Shown: positions 17,894-26,395, counted from the first letter of the stretch. The stretch: DNA of 48,523 bases from a virus (IMGVR_UViG_3300009175_000009:1-48523); one strand, 5' to 3'. Numbers and translations are program-made. The notes: generated by a model not told the origin, from the letters alone.

Positions 17894-18243
17894 CCACAGC
17901 GACGCAACCGACCCTCGACGCCCGCGGCTGGTTTGACTTCGTCAGCGAGATTCACGAGCAGGTGAAAAAGGCGGGCCGCATCTACACGACCGGCCAGATC
18001 GCTCGCCGCATCCGGGTCAAAGTCCTGAAGCAGTACCGCGATCAGGGCGACGACGAGATGACCGCCGAACGCGTGCGGCATGGCCTCGACCGTGTTGGCC
18101 CAGGCGGGCTTACCGGAATGATACTGCGATATGTAGAGGGCACCCTGGCCGTGCGAACGCGGGCGGGCGTGATCGATCAGCGGAACTACCACAACCGCGA
18201 CGCATTCCTTGCGGCCATCCGAAACCTGAATCCAAGGGCATAG
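17890..18243 (+). CDS. Hypothetical protein
   Basis: ATGA overlap with the upstream gene. Confidence 0.6.
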   Translation: MTTATQPTLDARGWFDFVSEIHEQVKKAGRIYTTGQIARRIRVKVLKQYRDQGDDEMTAERVRHGLDRVGPGGLTGMILRYVEGTLAVRTRAGVIDQRNYHNRDAFLAAIRNLNPRA

Positions 18244-18245
18244 TC

Positions 18246-18401
18246 ATGGACGAAGATATCGACGAACTCGATTACGAGTGCCCGCCGGTGTGCAGCGAGT
18301 GTGGCGAGAATCTTTGCGATTCGTGCGGCTGCTGCGGCAACCCGCACTGCGAAGCGTGCTGCTGCCCGCTTGTGGAACGCGAGGACGACGCGGGAGAATG
18401 A
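18246..18401 (+). CDS. Cys-rich metallothionein-like small protein (51 aa)
   Basis: MDEDIDELDYECPPVCSECGENLCDSCGCCGNPHCEACCCPLVEREDDAGE; 11 Cys; starts 2 nt after the upstream stop. Confidence 0.55.
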   Translation: MDEDIDELDYECPPVCSECGENLCDSCGCCGNPHCEACCCPLVEREDDAGE

Positions 18402-18449
18402 GCCATGAACGAATATGAAAAGTAATTCGCCTCGTTATCCCTAGCGGAG

Positions 18450-18803
18450 GTGATGGAGCTTCGGAAGATCAAGACGAAGCTGACCGATCAGTACCTGCAT
18501 GAGGAACTGCCCACGGTGCAGGGCTGGTGTAACAAGTGCGATGCCTGCGGGGCGGTCGGATACCAAGACCCGCCCGTGATGTACACCGATCCCGAGTCTG
18601 GATCAGTGATCACGTTGCAGGGCCGTATTTACAACAAGACGATGTTTCGCGCGATCGGCGAGATTTTATGCGAGAAGTGTTTCGTCCGGGAGTATTACAA
18701 CGGACCGACCAACGACGTGCCCAAGCGGGGCAACCCACACCTGACGACACCGCACTCGCAGTGGAGTTACGACGGTGGTAGATTTGGAAGCGGAGAATGG
18801 TGA
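18450..18803 (+). CDS. Hypothetical zinc-ribbon protein
   Basis: CNKCDAC and CEKC motifs; GGAGG RBS. Confidence 0.55.
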   Translation: MMELRKIKTKLTDQYLHEELPTVQGWCNKCDACGAVGYQDPPVMYTDPESGSVITLQGRIYNKTMFRAIGEILCEKCFVREYYNGPTNDVPKRGNPHLTTPHSQWSYDGGRFGSGEW

Positions 18804-18804
18804 T

Positions 18805-19137
18805 ATGAACCACGAAGAATTCCTCAAGTTTCTTGGCAGCGAGGCCCGACCCAAGTGTGGCCGGTGCTGGTGGCGGGAGGGCCGCAAGTGCTACAACGAG
18901 AACCTCGGTGCAGTACCGGGCGAGGGTCAGGACATCACCGCTGAACTGTGGGCTACCTGCTCTGCCACACCCGCGTACCAGAACAGTCGGGCGACCCTGG
19001 CTCAGGCCCTGCCGAACATCTTGCTGGCCGTCGCGGCACAGACGCAGCCCGCTGAAAAGGTTGTCCAGTGCTGCGAAGCTGTCGAGTCGGCATACGATTC
19101 GCATGATACCGCTGGTCAGAAAGGAACTGAATCATGA
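18805..19137 (+). CDS. Hypothetical protein
   Basis: CGRC motif; packed operon. Confidence 0.55.
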   Translation: MNHEEFLKFLGSEARPKCGRCWWREGRKCYNENLGAVPGEGQDITAELWATCSATPAYQNSRATLAQALPNILLAVAAQTQPAEKVVQCCEAVESAYDSHDTAGQKGTES

Positions 19138-19592
19138 CTATCGGAACCCCAAGTGTCTGCGAGTGGATTCGCAGCCTGCCGAATACTAGCAACGTTCGCC
19201 CGTGCCGAGTCACCATCAAGGGCCAAACCTGGGAGGGTGCTTATTACGAGGAGGAACGCGAGTGGCAGCAGGGCATGGACGGCGTGCAGCGAGGTGAACA
19301 CAAGGCGGGCGATAAGTACGTCATCCGCCGCATCTACCTGCTCGGCGACCGGCCTGTGTTCAACCGTGAACGTGTCTGCTTCCCGTCGTATGAGGGCCTG
19401 GACTGGTACGTTTCGGGCTACTGCGTCACCTTCAAGCCCGAGCAGAAAAAGTATCATCCCTTCGGCAAGAGCTTTCAGATCATGCCGTGGGAGATCGAGG
19501 GCAAGCCCGACTGCAAGATCGACAGTCACGAACTGCACCCGTACCTGCGGGTGCCGATGACGGTCGAGTTCATCGAGGAGACCGCGTCATGA
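19134..19592 (+). CDS. Hypothetical protein
   Basis: ATGA overlaps at both ends. Confidence 0.6.
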   Translation: MTIGTPSVCEWIRSLPNTSNVRPCRVTIKGQTWEGAYYEEEREWQQGMDGVQRGEHKAGDKYVIRRIYLLGDRPVFNRERVCFPSYEGLDWYVSGYCVTFKPEQKKYHPFGKSFQIMPWEIEGKPDCKIDSHELHPYLRVPMTVEFIEETAS

Positions 19593-19927
19593 CATGCCCC
19601 AACAAGCACCCCGAAGGCCCGGTTTGTCCGACCTGCGGCGGATCCTGTGCTCCGTCCGGAGTCGACAGAGGATCGTGGGTTCACTTCCCTGTGACGGCCA
19701 GCGGTCGCGTGATCGATAGACTGGCCATCGAAGGTCATGGTGCGATTCAGGTGGACGAGTCTCCCGACCGCGAGCCGCCCATCATCGTCCTCGCCGGCCC
19801 GATCAAGTTCTGGTGGCAGGAAGGTCAGTGGGATAGCCTGCGGCATCAGGAATACGTGCAGTGGCGGGACGCAGTGCGGGTGGCCTTGGTGAAGGCCGGA
19901 TTCGCCGTCTATTCGCCACAGGTCTAG
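19589..19927 (+). CDS. Nucleoside 2-deoxyribosyltransferase (NDT)-like protein, N-terminal piece
   Basis: IIVLAGPIK...WRDAVRVALVKAGFAVYSP matches the first half of the NDT-like/DUF4406 fold (IYLAGP...G..vyxP). Confidence 0.6.
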   Translation: MTCPNKHPEGPVCPTCGGSCAPSGVDRGSWVHFPVTASGRVIDRLAIEGHGAIQVDESPDREPPIIVLAGPIKFWWQEGQWDSLRHQEYVQWRDAVRVALVKAGFAVYSPQV

Positions 19928-19953
19928 ACATTATGCCCTGTATAGCCTATACT
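19925..19953 (+). promoter_or_regulatory. Sigma70-like promoter of the inserted HNH gene
   Basis: TAGACA-N17-TATACT; the TAG of the -35 box is the stop codon of the NDT N-piece. Confidence 0.65.
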
Positions 19954-19972
19954 ATGTTTGGAGGGCGTAAGT

Positions 19973-20416
19973 ATGCTATGCAGAGTATGCAACGAGCGAG
20001 AGGTTCCTGAAGGCCACAAACGGAACAGGAATTACATTTGTAGCCAGTGCCACTACGGACGATACAAGGAAAAGGCACAAATCCTAAATCGAAGGAACGG
20101 TAAACGTTACCGCAAGGAGTTGCGGGAACGTATGTTTGATGCTTACGGCAGGGAGTGTGTTTACTGCCACAGCACGACGAATTTGCAGTTCGATCATACT
20201 AACGGTGACGGTTGCCGCAAAACGCGGGGATATGATACGCGGCAGTGGTTTCTGATGCTTATTGCCGCAGGATTCCCGCCTAGCTGCCAAGTGGTGTGCG
20301 GGCAGTGTAACGTAGCAAAACAGAATATGACCGATGCTCAGTTCCGAGCCTGGATCAAGATGGTATATCACGCTATTCACGGCGTGGAACGGCGACGCAT
20401 ACGGAGTACTACATGA
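19973..20416 (+). CDS. HNH endonuclease inserted in the NDT-like gene
   Basis: CVYCH...LQFDHTNGDG...QVVCGQCNVAK; N-terminal CxxC...CxxC. Confidence 0.8.
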   Translation: MLCRVCNEREVPEGHKRNRNYICSQCHYGRYKEKAQILNRRNGKRYRKELRERMFDAYGRECVYCHSTTNLQFDHTNGDGCRKTRGYDTRQWFLMLIAAGFPPSCQVVCGQCNVAKQNMTDAQFRAWIKMVYHAIHGVERRRIRSTT

Positions 20417-20655
20417 TCCTTCAACACCGAGCGATCCAGGGCCGCTGGAACGAAGGGCTTCAGCGGATTAACGATGCCGCGATCATGAACGCCGACGTCA
20501 TCGTGGTGCTGACGCCGCGGGACGTGCCCGCCGAAGGAACAGCACGCGAGGTCAAATTGGCGAAGCGGTTCAACATACCAGTCATTACCGCCCCACCAGG
20601 CAGCGATAGAAATCTCAGCACGCTCGTTGAAAGCTGCCTTGAGGAGGCTCGATGA
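20413..20655 (+). CDS. NDT-like protein, C-terminal piece
   Basis: INDAAIMNADVIVVL...AEGTAREVKLAKRFNIPVI matches the second half of the NDT fold (D...i..aD.vv...GT..E...A...kPv). Confidence 0.6.
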   Translation: MILQHRAIQGRWNEGLQRINDAAIMNADVIVVLTPRDVPAEGTAREVKLAKRFNIPVITAPPGSDRNLSTLVESCLEEAR

Positions 20656-21560
20656 ACTTCCACGAGTTCCCACTGTTCTACGTTTCGGCCAAACGCCTGG
20701 GCATGGTTCCCAGAGGCGTCTCATCTGCGGTGTTCTACGCGAACCACTTTCGTGATATGCATTGCATCGGAACATCCGCCGAGGCTGAAGTGCTGGGCGT
20801 TCACCTGTTCATGGAAGGCTGGTGGGCGGAGCATAACCGGCCCTTCTATAACGTGTGGCCTAAGATCATCCCGATGCTGACCCGCCTCGACCTGTCACAG
20901 ATCACGGGCAAGATGCTGAAGTCTCCCAAGCAGGTCATGTGTCTGCGGTTCCCGCAGGAAGGAAACCCGTTGACCCGCGACGGCGTGACTCTGCGGTCGA
21001 TGCTGGTTGGTCCGGTCAGCACAACCGCAGGTCACCCGGCCTATTTCACGGCACAGGACTACGGAGAAACGATAAGCGGCCTGCCCGTGGTATCAACGAA
21101 CTGGGTGCCGCTGCGGCCCGACCAGCCGCTGCTGGAGACCTTCGGCGGTTGCAAGAAGCGGGAATCCGCGATGGACGGCATCCAGATTCCCGAGGAACTA
21201 ATGCTAGATGTGTGGCGTCTGGTGTTCACCTTGTCCCTACTGGATGATGATCCCGAATTGATCGAACGCATCGTCCTCGCCGCCGACCGGAACGACTATG
21301 ATCGCAGCGGTGACCAGAAGTACGTTGCCAAGGCGGAACGTCGCGGCGTGTTGGGTTGGGATATCGGCAAACGTGTCGAGGTGATGCCGCACTATCGCCG
21401 CCCGCACCTGGGCCTGCGGTGGACGGGCGAGGGCCGTACCGTGGCCAAGATCGTGCCGATCAAGGGAGCAATCATTCACCGCGAGGCTGTTCTTCAACAG
21501 CCGACCGGCGAGGAAGGGCCGGTGGACGTGTCTAATGATCAACAAGGAGACAAGCCATGA
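20652..21560 (+). CDS. Hypothetical phage protein
   Basis: 302 aa; C-terminal PHYRRPH...WTGEGR motif. Confidence 0.65.
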   Translation: MNFHEFPLFYVSAKRLGMVPRGVSSAVFYANHFRDMHCIGTSAEAEVLGVHLFMEGWWAEHNRPFYNVWPKIIPMLTRLDLSQITGKMLKSPKQVMCLRFPQEGNPLTRDGVTLRSMLVGPVSTTAGHPAYFTAQDYGETISGLPVVSTNWVPLRPDQPLLETFGGCKKRESAMDGIQIPEELMLDVWRLVFTLSLLDDDPELIERIVLAADRNDYDRSGDQKYVAKAERRGVLGWDIGKRVEVMPHYRRPHLGLRWTGEGRTVAKIVPIKGAIIHREAVLQQPTGEEGPVDVSNDQQGDKP

Positions 21561-21994
21561 ACGACAGCGACGTTAAGTATGTAGCTGTACCCCGCACCAA
21601 TCCTGAGATGTACCAGGAAATTCGTGCGAAGTACTATTCCCGCAAATGGTGGATGGCTATTGGATTTGATGGCGAGGACGCGATGTCGGTCATGGAGGCT
21701 ATCGGTGCAGCCGTCGATCTTACCGGAGACGTCGATGGATCCGTGCTGTATGAGTGCCCCGTGGGGATTTACGGAGATGACGGTGTACCAGAGAAAGATA
21801 TATTCTGCATCCTGTTCATTCACAAACGGGTTGACTGGAATGCAATATTCCGAGCGTGTCGTCAAAATCGCCTGGATGCGTTTCCAGAGCAGCCGCCCCA
21901 GCAGGACGTTTTGATTCTTAGCACGAGTCTGCATAAAACAGCCATGACTACCTACGATAATGTTCTGAGCTGTTACTCGCATCTGGACAACTAG
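21557..21994 (+). CDS. Hypothetical protein
   Basis: AAGGAG RBS, ATGA overlap. Confidence 0.6.
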   Translation: MNDSDVKYVAVPRTNPEMYQEIRAKYYSRKWWMAIGFDGEDAMSVMEAIGAAVDLTGDVDGSVLYECPVGIYGDDGVPEKDIFCILFIHKRVDWNAIFRACRQNRLDAFPEQPPQQDVLILSTSLHKTAMTTYDNVLSCYSHLDN

Positions 21995-22027
21995 CGTGAA
22001 ACGAAACGAGTAGACCAGATTGAGGAT

Positions 22028-22219
22028 ATGATGCGATACATAGTAATTGAGCACAACAGCCGTGACCCGCAGAACCCGAAGGTGAAGGTGTTCTCAGGAT
22101 CGAGTGCGAAGAGTAACGCACTGTTATTCGATGACGTATCATCGAACACATGCCAGATTTACTTTGTGAAGGGCGACCTGACCCTCCAACCCGTAGAACG
22201 AAACGGAAAGTCATCTTGA
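22028..22219 (+). CDS. Hypothetical protein
   Basis: 63 aa, GAGGA RBS. Confidence 0.5.
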   Translation: MMRYIVIEHNSRDPQNPKVKVFSGSSAKSNALLFDDVSSNTCQIYFVKGDLTLQPVERNGKSS

Positions 22220-22231
22220 TCGGAAGTACCT

Positions 22232-22534
22232 ATGAAATCCAAAGACTGGGCTAATCCGCTGCGGAAACACCTGAAGGCCAAAGGCTGGGCGAGGCAGGAC
22301 AGGGGCGGTGTCGAGCTATGGCGGGATCCGATTCGCCGCGACACGCTGGGCCACTCCTTCTTTATGACGTTCGCCGGGGCGGTCAAAGTGCAGAAGAGCC
22401 GCGATGACGGCAGCGACAAGATCACCTGCCAGGCCAACATCGTCGATCACGATTTATTCGGCATTCGCAAGTGCAGTCGCAAGCCAAAGGCGAACGGGTA
22501 CTGCCACCAGCACAGGAAGCAAGCACAATCATGA
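22232..22534 (+). CDS. Hypothetical protein
   Basis: C-terminal CQA...KCSRK...YCHQH zinc-binding-like motif. Confidence 0.55.
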   Translation: MKSKDWANPLRKHLKAKGWARQDRGGVELWRDPIRRDTLGHSFFMTFAGAVKVQKSRDDGSDKITCQANIVDHDLFGIRKCSRKPKANGYCHQHRKQAQS

Positions 22535-22908
22535 AGATCACCATCGTAGACCAGATCGTGCGGCCCAAGGTTGAGGGCGGATGTGAGTGGGGCAATTTTC
22601 GCAAGGTGCTGGTCAGGCTCGTGCGGGGCGGAAAGCCCGTGAAGGAACTGTGGTGGATGCCGGGCTTCACGGGTTGGGCCGGCAGGGGATGTACCGACTA
22701 CTATCATTCTCAGCTTATGACCGATGCTGAAGACGGCAGCGGACGCCCGCTGGGCGGGGCCAACAGTGAGTGGAAAACACTGCACGAGGGCGGCAGGCTC
22801 AGCGTGAAACTTATTGCAAAATACGCGAAGCAAATCGACGCGTTCTTCGGTGATTCGGTGTCTGGTCTTATCAGGAATACCAGAAAAACCATGATCATCG
22901 AGGACTAG
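22531..22908 (+). CDS. Hypothetical protein
   Basis: ATGA overlap. Confidence 0.55.
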   Translation: MKITIVDQIVRPKVEGGCEWGNFRKVLVRLVRGGKPVKELWWMPGFTGWAGRGCTDYYHSQLMTDAEDGSGRPLGGANSEWKTLHEGGRLSVKLIAKYAKQIDAFFGDSVSGLIRNTRKTMIIED

Positions 22909-22912
22909 TCAA

Positions 22913-23707
22913 TTGCCCCACATGCGAGTCTTCATCCGAGTTAGGCTGAGCGAGGCCGGTCGCCGTGCCGACGTGACCGCCGGCGGCAATGGGGCAGCCG
23001 AGTTTGATATCGAGGTGTTCCGGGCAACGACCGCACCGGATGATTGGGCCGCCGTCGTCGATCAGGCCGACCTCGACCGCGACGAAGCTGTCCTCGATAT
23101 GCGAGGCGGTATCACACGCGACGGCATCACTGTACCCATCGCGGACTTCTCGTGGGTTCCCGACGTCAGGCAGGCCCTAGTTGTCTATCGGGACGCTGTA
23201 CGAGAATGGGTACGAATGCGATGGGAGGAGGACACTCGCCGAGCAAATCTGGGCCTGCGGCCTGGTGATTTTGATTTCCCGATGTGCCGCGACGTGCTAC
23301 TGCGGGTGCCGGTCTATGAGAAGACGCCCGGCAGCAGGAACTGGATGGCGTCTGTGCGGCTTGCCCCGAACGCACCGGGAGGCCTGGATCGAGCGTGGAT
23401 GATGCGGGTGCGCGACGGCGACGACGGTTACTACAGGCTGCGACCGTTGCAAATAGGTGACGTGGTTGAGTTCGGGGCTGACCTGCTGACCGACCGCAGT
23501 AAGAGGTTCAAAAACCGCTGGTACGGATACGTGGTGCGACGTACCGATGATATGCTCGTCTTGCACAAGACCAACACCGCCGAGGTGGCATTCCGCGAGG
23601 GGGCGGTTTACGCAGCCAGCGTTGCCCCGCCGCCCGTCGTGCCCAAGCCCCGCCGACGCCGAATTGGTGGCCATATCGAGGAAGAACGCCCGACGTGGGA
23701 GCTGTGA
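22913..23707 (+). CDS. Hypothetical protein (ends ERPTWEL)
   Basis: 264 aa, last gene of the + run before a convergent endonuclease gene. Confidence 0.6.
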   Translation: MPHMRVFIRVRLSEAGRRADVTAGGNGAAEFDIEVFRATTAPDDWAAVVDQADLDRDEAVLDMRGGITRDGITVPIADFSWVPDVRQALVVYRDAVREWVRMRWEEDTRRANLGLRPGDFDFPMCRDVLLRVPVYEKTPGSRNWMASVRLAPNAPGGLDRAWMMRVRDGDDGYYRLRPLQIGDVVEFGADLLTDRSKRFKNRWYGYVVRRTDDMLVLHKTNTAEVAFREGAVYAASVAPPPVVPKPRRRRIGGHIEEERPTWEL

Positions 23708-23820
23708 GGCGACTTTATGCCGCGTGCGGGCCACTGTAGGCCAGACGTGGCGAGGTGTTCCCGACTGCGGCTACCGGGCCACCCGAGCCGCCTGCCGCAC
23801 AGCGGGCCTATACAGGCGGC

Positions 23821-24339
23821 TTACACGGGCGGAGCTTCCACAGTCTGATTCCGAAATAGCACCTCGTCTTCGGGCGACCTGAAGGCATAGAGTATCATGT
23901 CTCCGGTGACAAGGGCTAAAACGTCACACTTACCGTTCTGGAACTGGCGGTTTTTGCAGTGCTGAACAAGACTCGTGGTCTTGTACATTTTGCCAGTCGA
24001 TACCTGTACGGTGAGCAGGCGGTCGCCGATACCCACAACGAGATCATGCCCACACCCCGCCGAGATCGCACGGTAAACGTCCCACCCACGTCGAAGCATA
24101 TCGACAGAAACGATTAGCTCATGGGCCGCACCCGTATCGCTGTTGCACTTGCAGCTTGACGTTGCGGATGTGGTTCGGAGGAATCGTGTGCCAGAACAAT
24201 CCCAGATATGATCGGCAGTAGCGATGCGTCGCCGCACTGATCGCCTAGCCGCGTTTGATGCACAAGATCGAGAGCAGAACATCTGGTTGGCGTTGCCGCT
24301 GTACCGCCCTCCGCAGAAATCACAGTAGCCTAACATCAT
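23821..24339 (-). CDS. PD-(D/E)XK family free-standing endonuclease with N-terminal zinc finger
   Basis: GAAHELIV...RGWDVY...HDLVV...VQVST resembles the group I intron-type PD-(D/E)XK core; CDFC...FCSRSC finger; GGAG RBS. Confidence 0.7.
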   Translation of the reverse strand: MMLGYCDFCGGRYSGNANQMFCSRSCASNAARRSVRRRIATADHIWDCSGTRFLRTTSATSSCKCNSDTGAAHELIVSVDMLRRGWDVYRAISAGCGHDLVVGIGDRLLTVQVSTGKMYKTTSLVQHCKNRQFQNGKCDVLALVTGDMILYAFRSPEDEVLFRNQTVEAPPV

Positions 24340-24347
24340 TAGACTCC

Positions 24348-24425
24348 ACCCGCCCGCCGTGCATGGCCATACCACTGGAGACGCACAGCGGGACGGGTAG
24401 GTTTGGTTTGTTAGGTGGTATGGCC
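24348..24425 (-). ncRNA. Pseudoknot leader RNA, copy 3
   Basis: On the minus strand: P1 GGCCATACCAC/GTGGTATGGCC; P2 ACCCGTCCCGCTGTGC/GCACGGCGGGCGGGT. Confidence 0.7.
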
Positions 24426-24436
24426 GAACAGCAGTC

Positions 24437-24465
24437 ATAATAGCACAAACCAGCCCTGTGACCAA
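24437..24465 (-). promoter_or_regulatory. Sigma70-like promoter of the PD-(D/E)XK gene
   Basis: TTGGTC-N17-TATTAT (weak -35). Confidence 0.5.
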
Positions 24466-24529
24466 CCTGGCCCTTCGGCAGTCGCCAGTGACCAACCTCG
24501 GTGACCAAGTTCCGGTATTTGATTCAATT

Positions 24530-24550
24530 GGCACAGCGTTCGCATGATAT
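24530..24550 (+). promoter_or_regulatory. Sigma54-type motif
   Basis: GGCACAGCGTTCGCATGATAT. Confidence 0.75.
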
Positions 24551-24605
24551 GCCTCCTAGAAATACAACCTCGCGGGCCAACGCCCGCCCAAGCAAGGAAA
24601 CGAAC

Positions 24606-24911
24606 ATGACCGCCACAACGATTCAACTGTCCGCCCTGGCTGACGTGATCCAAGTTTACAGCGGCAGGGCGAACGCCTGCTGCTGCGGATGCAGCGGCAA
24701 GCATACCGTAGCCTCGGCCCACCGAGCCGAAGCGGCCCGACGCTGCGGATACGCGGTGGCTGACGAGGACGTCAGCGACCGCACGGTCAAGCTGATCTAC
24801 AACAAGGTCGCAAAAGCCGCCGAGGCCGGTGTCGAGTTCATTTGCACGGGCGAGTCGAACTGCTGGTCGGTCGATGTCGGCAGCCGCACGTATTGCCTGT
24901 ACATAGCATAA
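24606..24911 (+). CDS. Hypothetical protein
   Basis: AAGGA RBS, follows the sigma54-like motif at 24530; contains CCCGC. Confidence 0.6.
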   Translation: MTATTIQLSALADVIQVYSGRANACCCGCSGKHTVASAHRAEAARRCGYAVADEDVSDRTVKLIYNKVAKAAEAGVEFICTGESNCWSVDVGSRTYCLYIA

Positions 24912-24924
24912 AGCAGATTCGGCT

Positions 24925-24945
24925 GGCACGCCATTCGCATGATAT
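24925..24945 (+). promoter_or_regulatory. Sigma54-type motif
   Basis: GGCACGCCATTCGCATGATAT. Confidence 0.75.
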
Positions 24946-25182
24946 GCCAGCCGATAGCACCCTGCCGGTAAGCCCGCAAAGAATCGTCGCGGGCCTTGGT
25001 GCAACCCACCGACCGCCGTTAAGCCAGCACCTAGCAGGACTCGTCGCTGGCCGGTCGGAAACCGCTGAACCCACGGCGGTAAGCCCTAGCGAGGCTTTGT
25101 GGGGTCTTTTCTTCGGACGGGTTAGGTGGGCGAGGGCTCGTAGCTCCTCGCCCACCAACCTCCTAAGCATAGCAGGTGAACC

Positions 25183-25296
25183 ATGAACGGTAAACGAGCC
25201 ATCAAAAAGAGCAGCAGGAACAACCCAGTGAAGAAGTCGCTGCGGTTGGTGAAGGCCAAGGTTCGCAAGCTGCATCTCAAAGAGCATAAGAACTAA
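25183..25296 (+). CDS. Small basic protein (37 aa)
   Basis: MNGKRAIKKSSRNNPVKKSLRLVKAKVRKLHLKEHKN; AGGTG RBS. Confidence 0.45.
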   Translation: MNGKRAIKKSSRNNPVKKSLRLVKAKVRKLHLKEHKN

Positions 25297-25307
25297 GGAA
25301 CCTGAAC

Positions 25308-25571
25308 GTGATACAGGCACTGAAAGATCTGGTCGCCGCCGACCAAACCGAGGTCGCGGCCATCAAACGGCAGTTGCGTCAGCACCGCAAGGAGCGATAC
25401 GAGCAACTGGCTCTGACTCTGATGGCCGAGTTCAACCTGCCCCGCGACCGTGTGGATTGCCACATCGCAGAGGGCCGACTGCGTAATACCGACTTCGTTG
25501 AAGTTTGCCGTATTGCCGAGCGTCAGAGCATCGCTTCGCGGAGACAACTTGATCAAGGAGTTCGACGATGA
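25308..25571 (+). CDS. Hypothetical protein
   Basis: AAGGA RBS. Confidence 0.55.
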   Translation: MIQALKDLVAADQTEVAAIKRQLRQHRKERYEQLALTLMAEFNLPRDRVDCHIAEGRLRNTDFVEVCRIAERQSIASRRQLDQGVRR

Positions 25572-25924
25572 ACGCAAACGAACCAACAATTCTCAGCAGC
25601 GAAGAAGCTGGCGTGAGGATCACCCTCACGCCCGACAAAAAGGAATGGCTGGAGCAGGGCCTGAAGATCGAGTGCCTGAAGGTGGACTGCGGACGCGAGT
25701 TTGAAGTGGGCCACATCCTCGATCCCTATGGCCCCGCGCCAGCCCTGCGTCTCGACGCTCCGCTGGGCGTCCGCACCGTAGCCCTAATCCTGAAGGCTTT
25801 GGAACTGCGACTTGTATGTATTCCTCCTGGGCCAGCCAATGGGCCTACAACGGGCTACCAGGCTGAAACAGGGGCCGAACGGTCGCATCGGGCCGCGACC
25901 CAATGGCCAGATTTCACCCAATGA
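25568..25924 (+). CDS. Hypothetical protein
   Basis: AAGGAG RBS, overlapping start/stop. Confidence 0.55.
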   Translation: MNANEPTILSSEEAGVRITLTPDKKEWLEQGLKIECLKVDCGREFEVGHILDPYGPAPALRLDAPLGVRTVALILKALELRLVCIPPGPANGPTTGYQAETGAERSHRAATQWPDFTQ

Positions 25925-25952
25925 GACGTAGACCGTCGAATTCGGATTTATT

Positions 25953-25973
25953 GGCACGGCATTCGCATGATAT
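25953..25973 (+). promoter_or_regulatory. Sigma54-type motif
   Basis: GGCACGGCATTCGCATGATAT. Confidence 0.75.
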
Positions 25974-26282
25974 GCTTACCGTTCCTGCGGCCCTTGCCTG
26001 AGTGAGGTGAAGGCCCGACAAGCGAGGTGCGAAGTACAAGCAATACCGGCTCCGTCCCCCGACGCCAAGATCGAGGGCACGAGGCCGCAGGAGCGAACGG
26101 TCCTTAGAACGCGGGGTAAAACCTGCGGGTCAGGTCTTACGGGAGTAAGACCGCAGCGGTTCGATTCCGCAGGGATCACCTCAGAAACCGAACTGGCTCG
26201 AAAATCATGGCTGGGCAACACTCGCGCGTGAGCCCACGGGTTCCTGCGGCCCCAAGAGCAGTTCGGTGGATTCACAGCGAAT

Positions 26283-26303
26283 GGCACAGCCTTCGCATGA
26301 TAG
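26283..26303 (+). promoter_or_regulatory. Sigma54-type motif
   Basis: GGCACAGCCTTCGCATGATAG. Confidence 0.72.
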
Positions 26304-26360
26304 GGTAGGCAGAAAGCAAACACGACCGAGTCGGGTGACGGCCCAAAGTGCGGCGTCCCG

Positions 26361-26388
26361 TTGACGCCGCAGGTAAACCGACTAGAAT
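26361..26388 (+). promoter_or_regulatory. Sigma70-like promoter of HEG 26507
   Basis: TTGACG-N16-TAGAAT. Confidence 0.65.
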
Positions 26389-26395
26389 AAGGGCA

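Noticed and set aside
19919-20424. Group I or II intron in the NDT-like gene
   Set aside because: The insert is almost entirely promoter + ORF; no P/Q/R/S core or domain V is visible.
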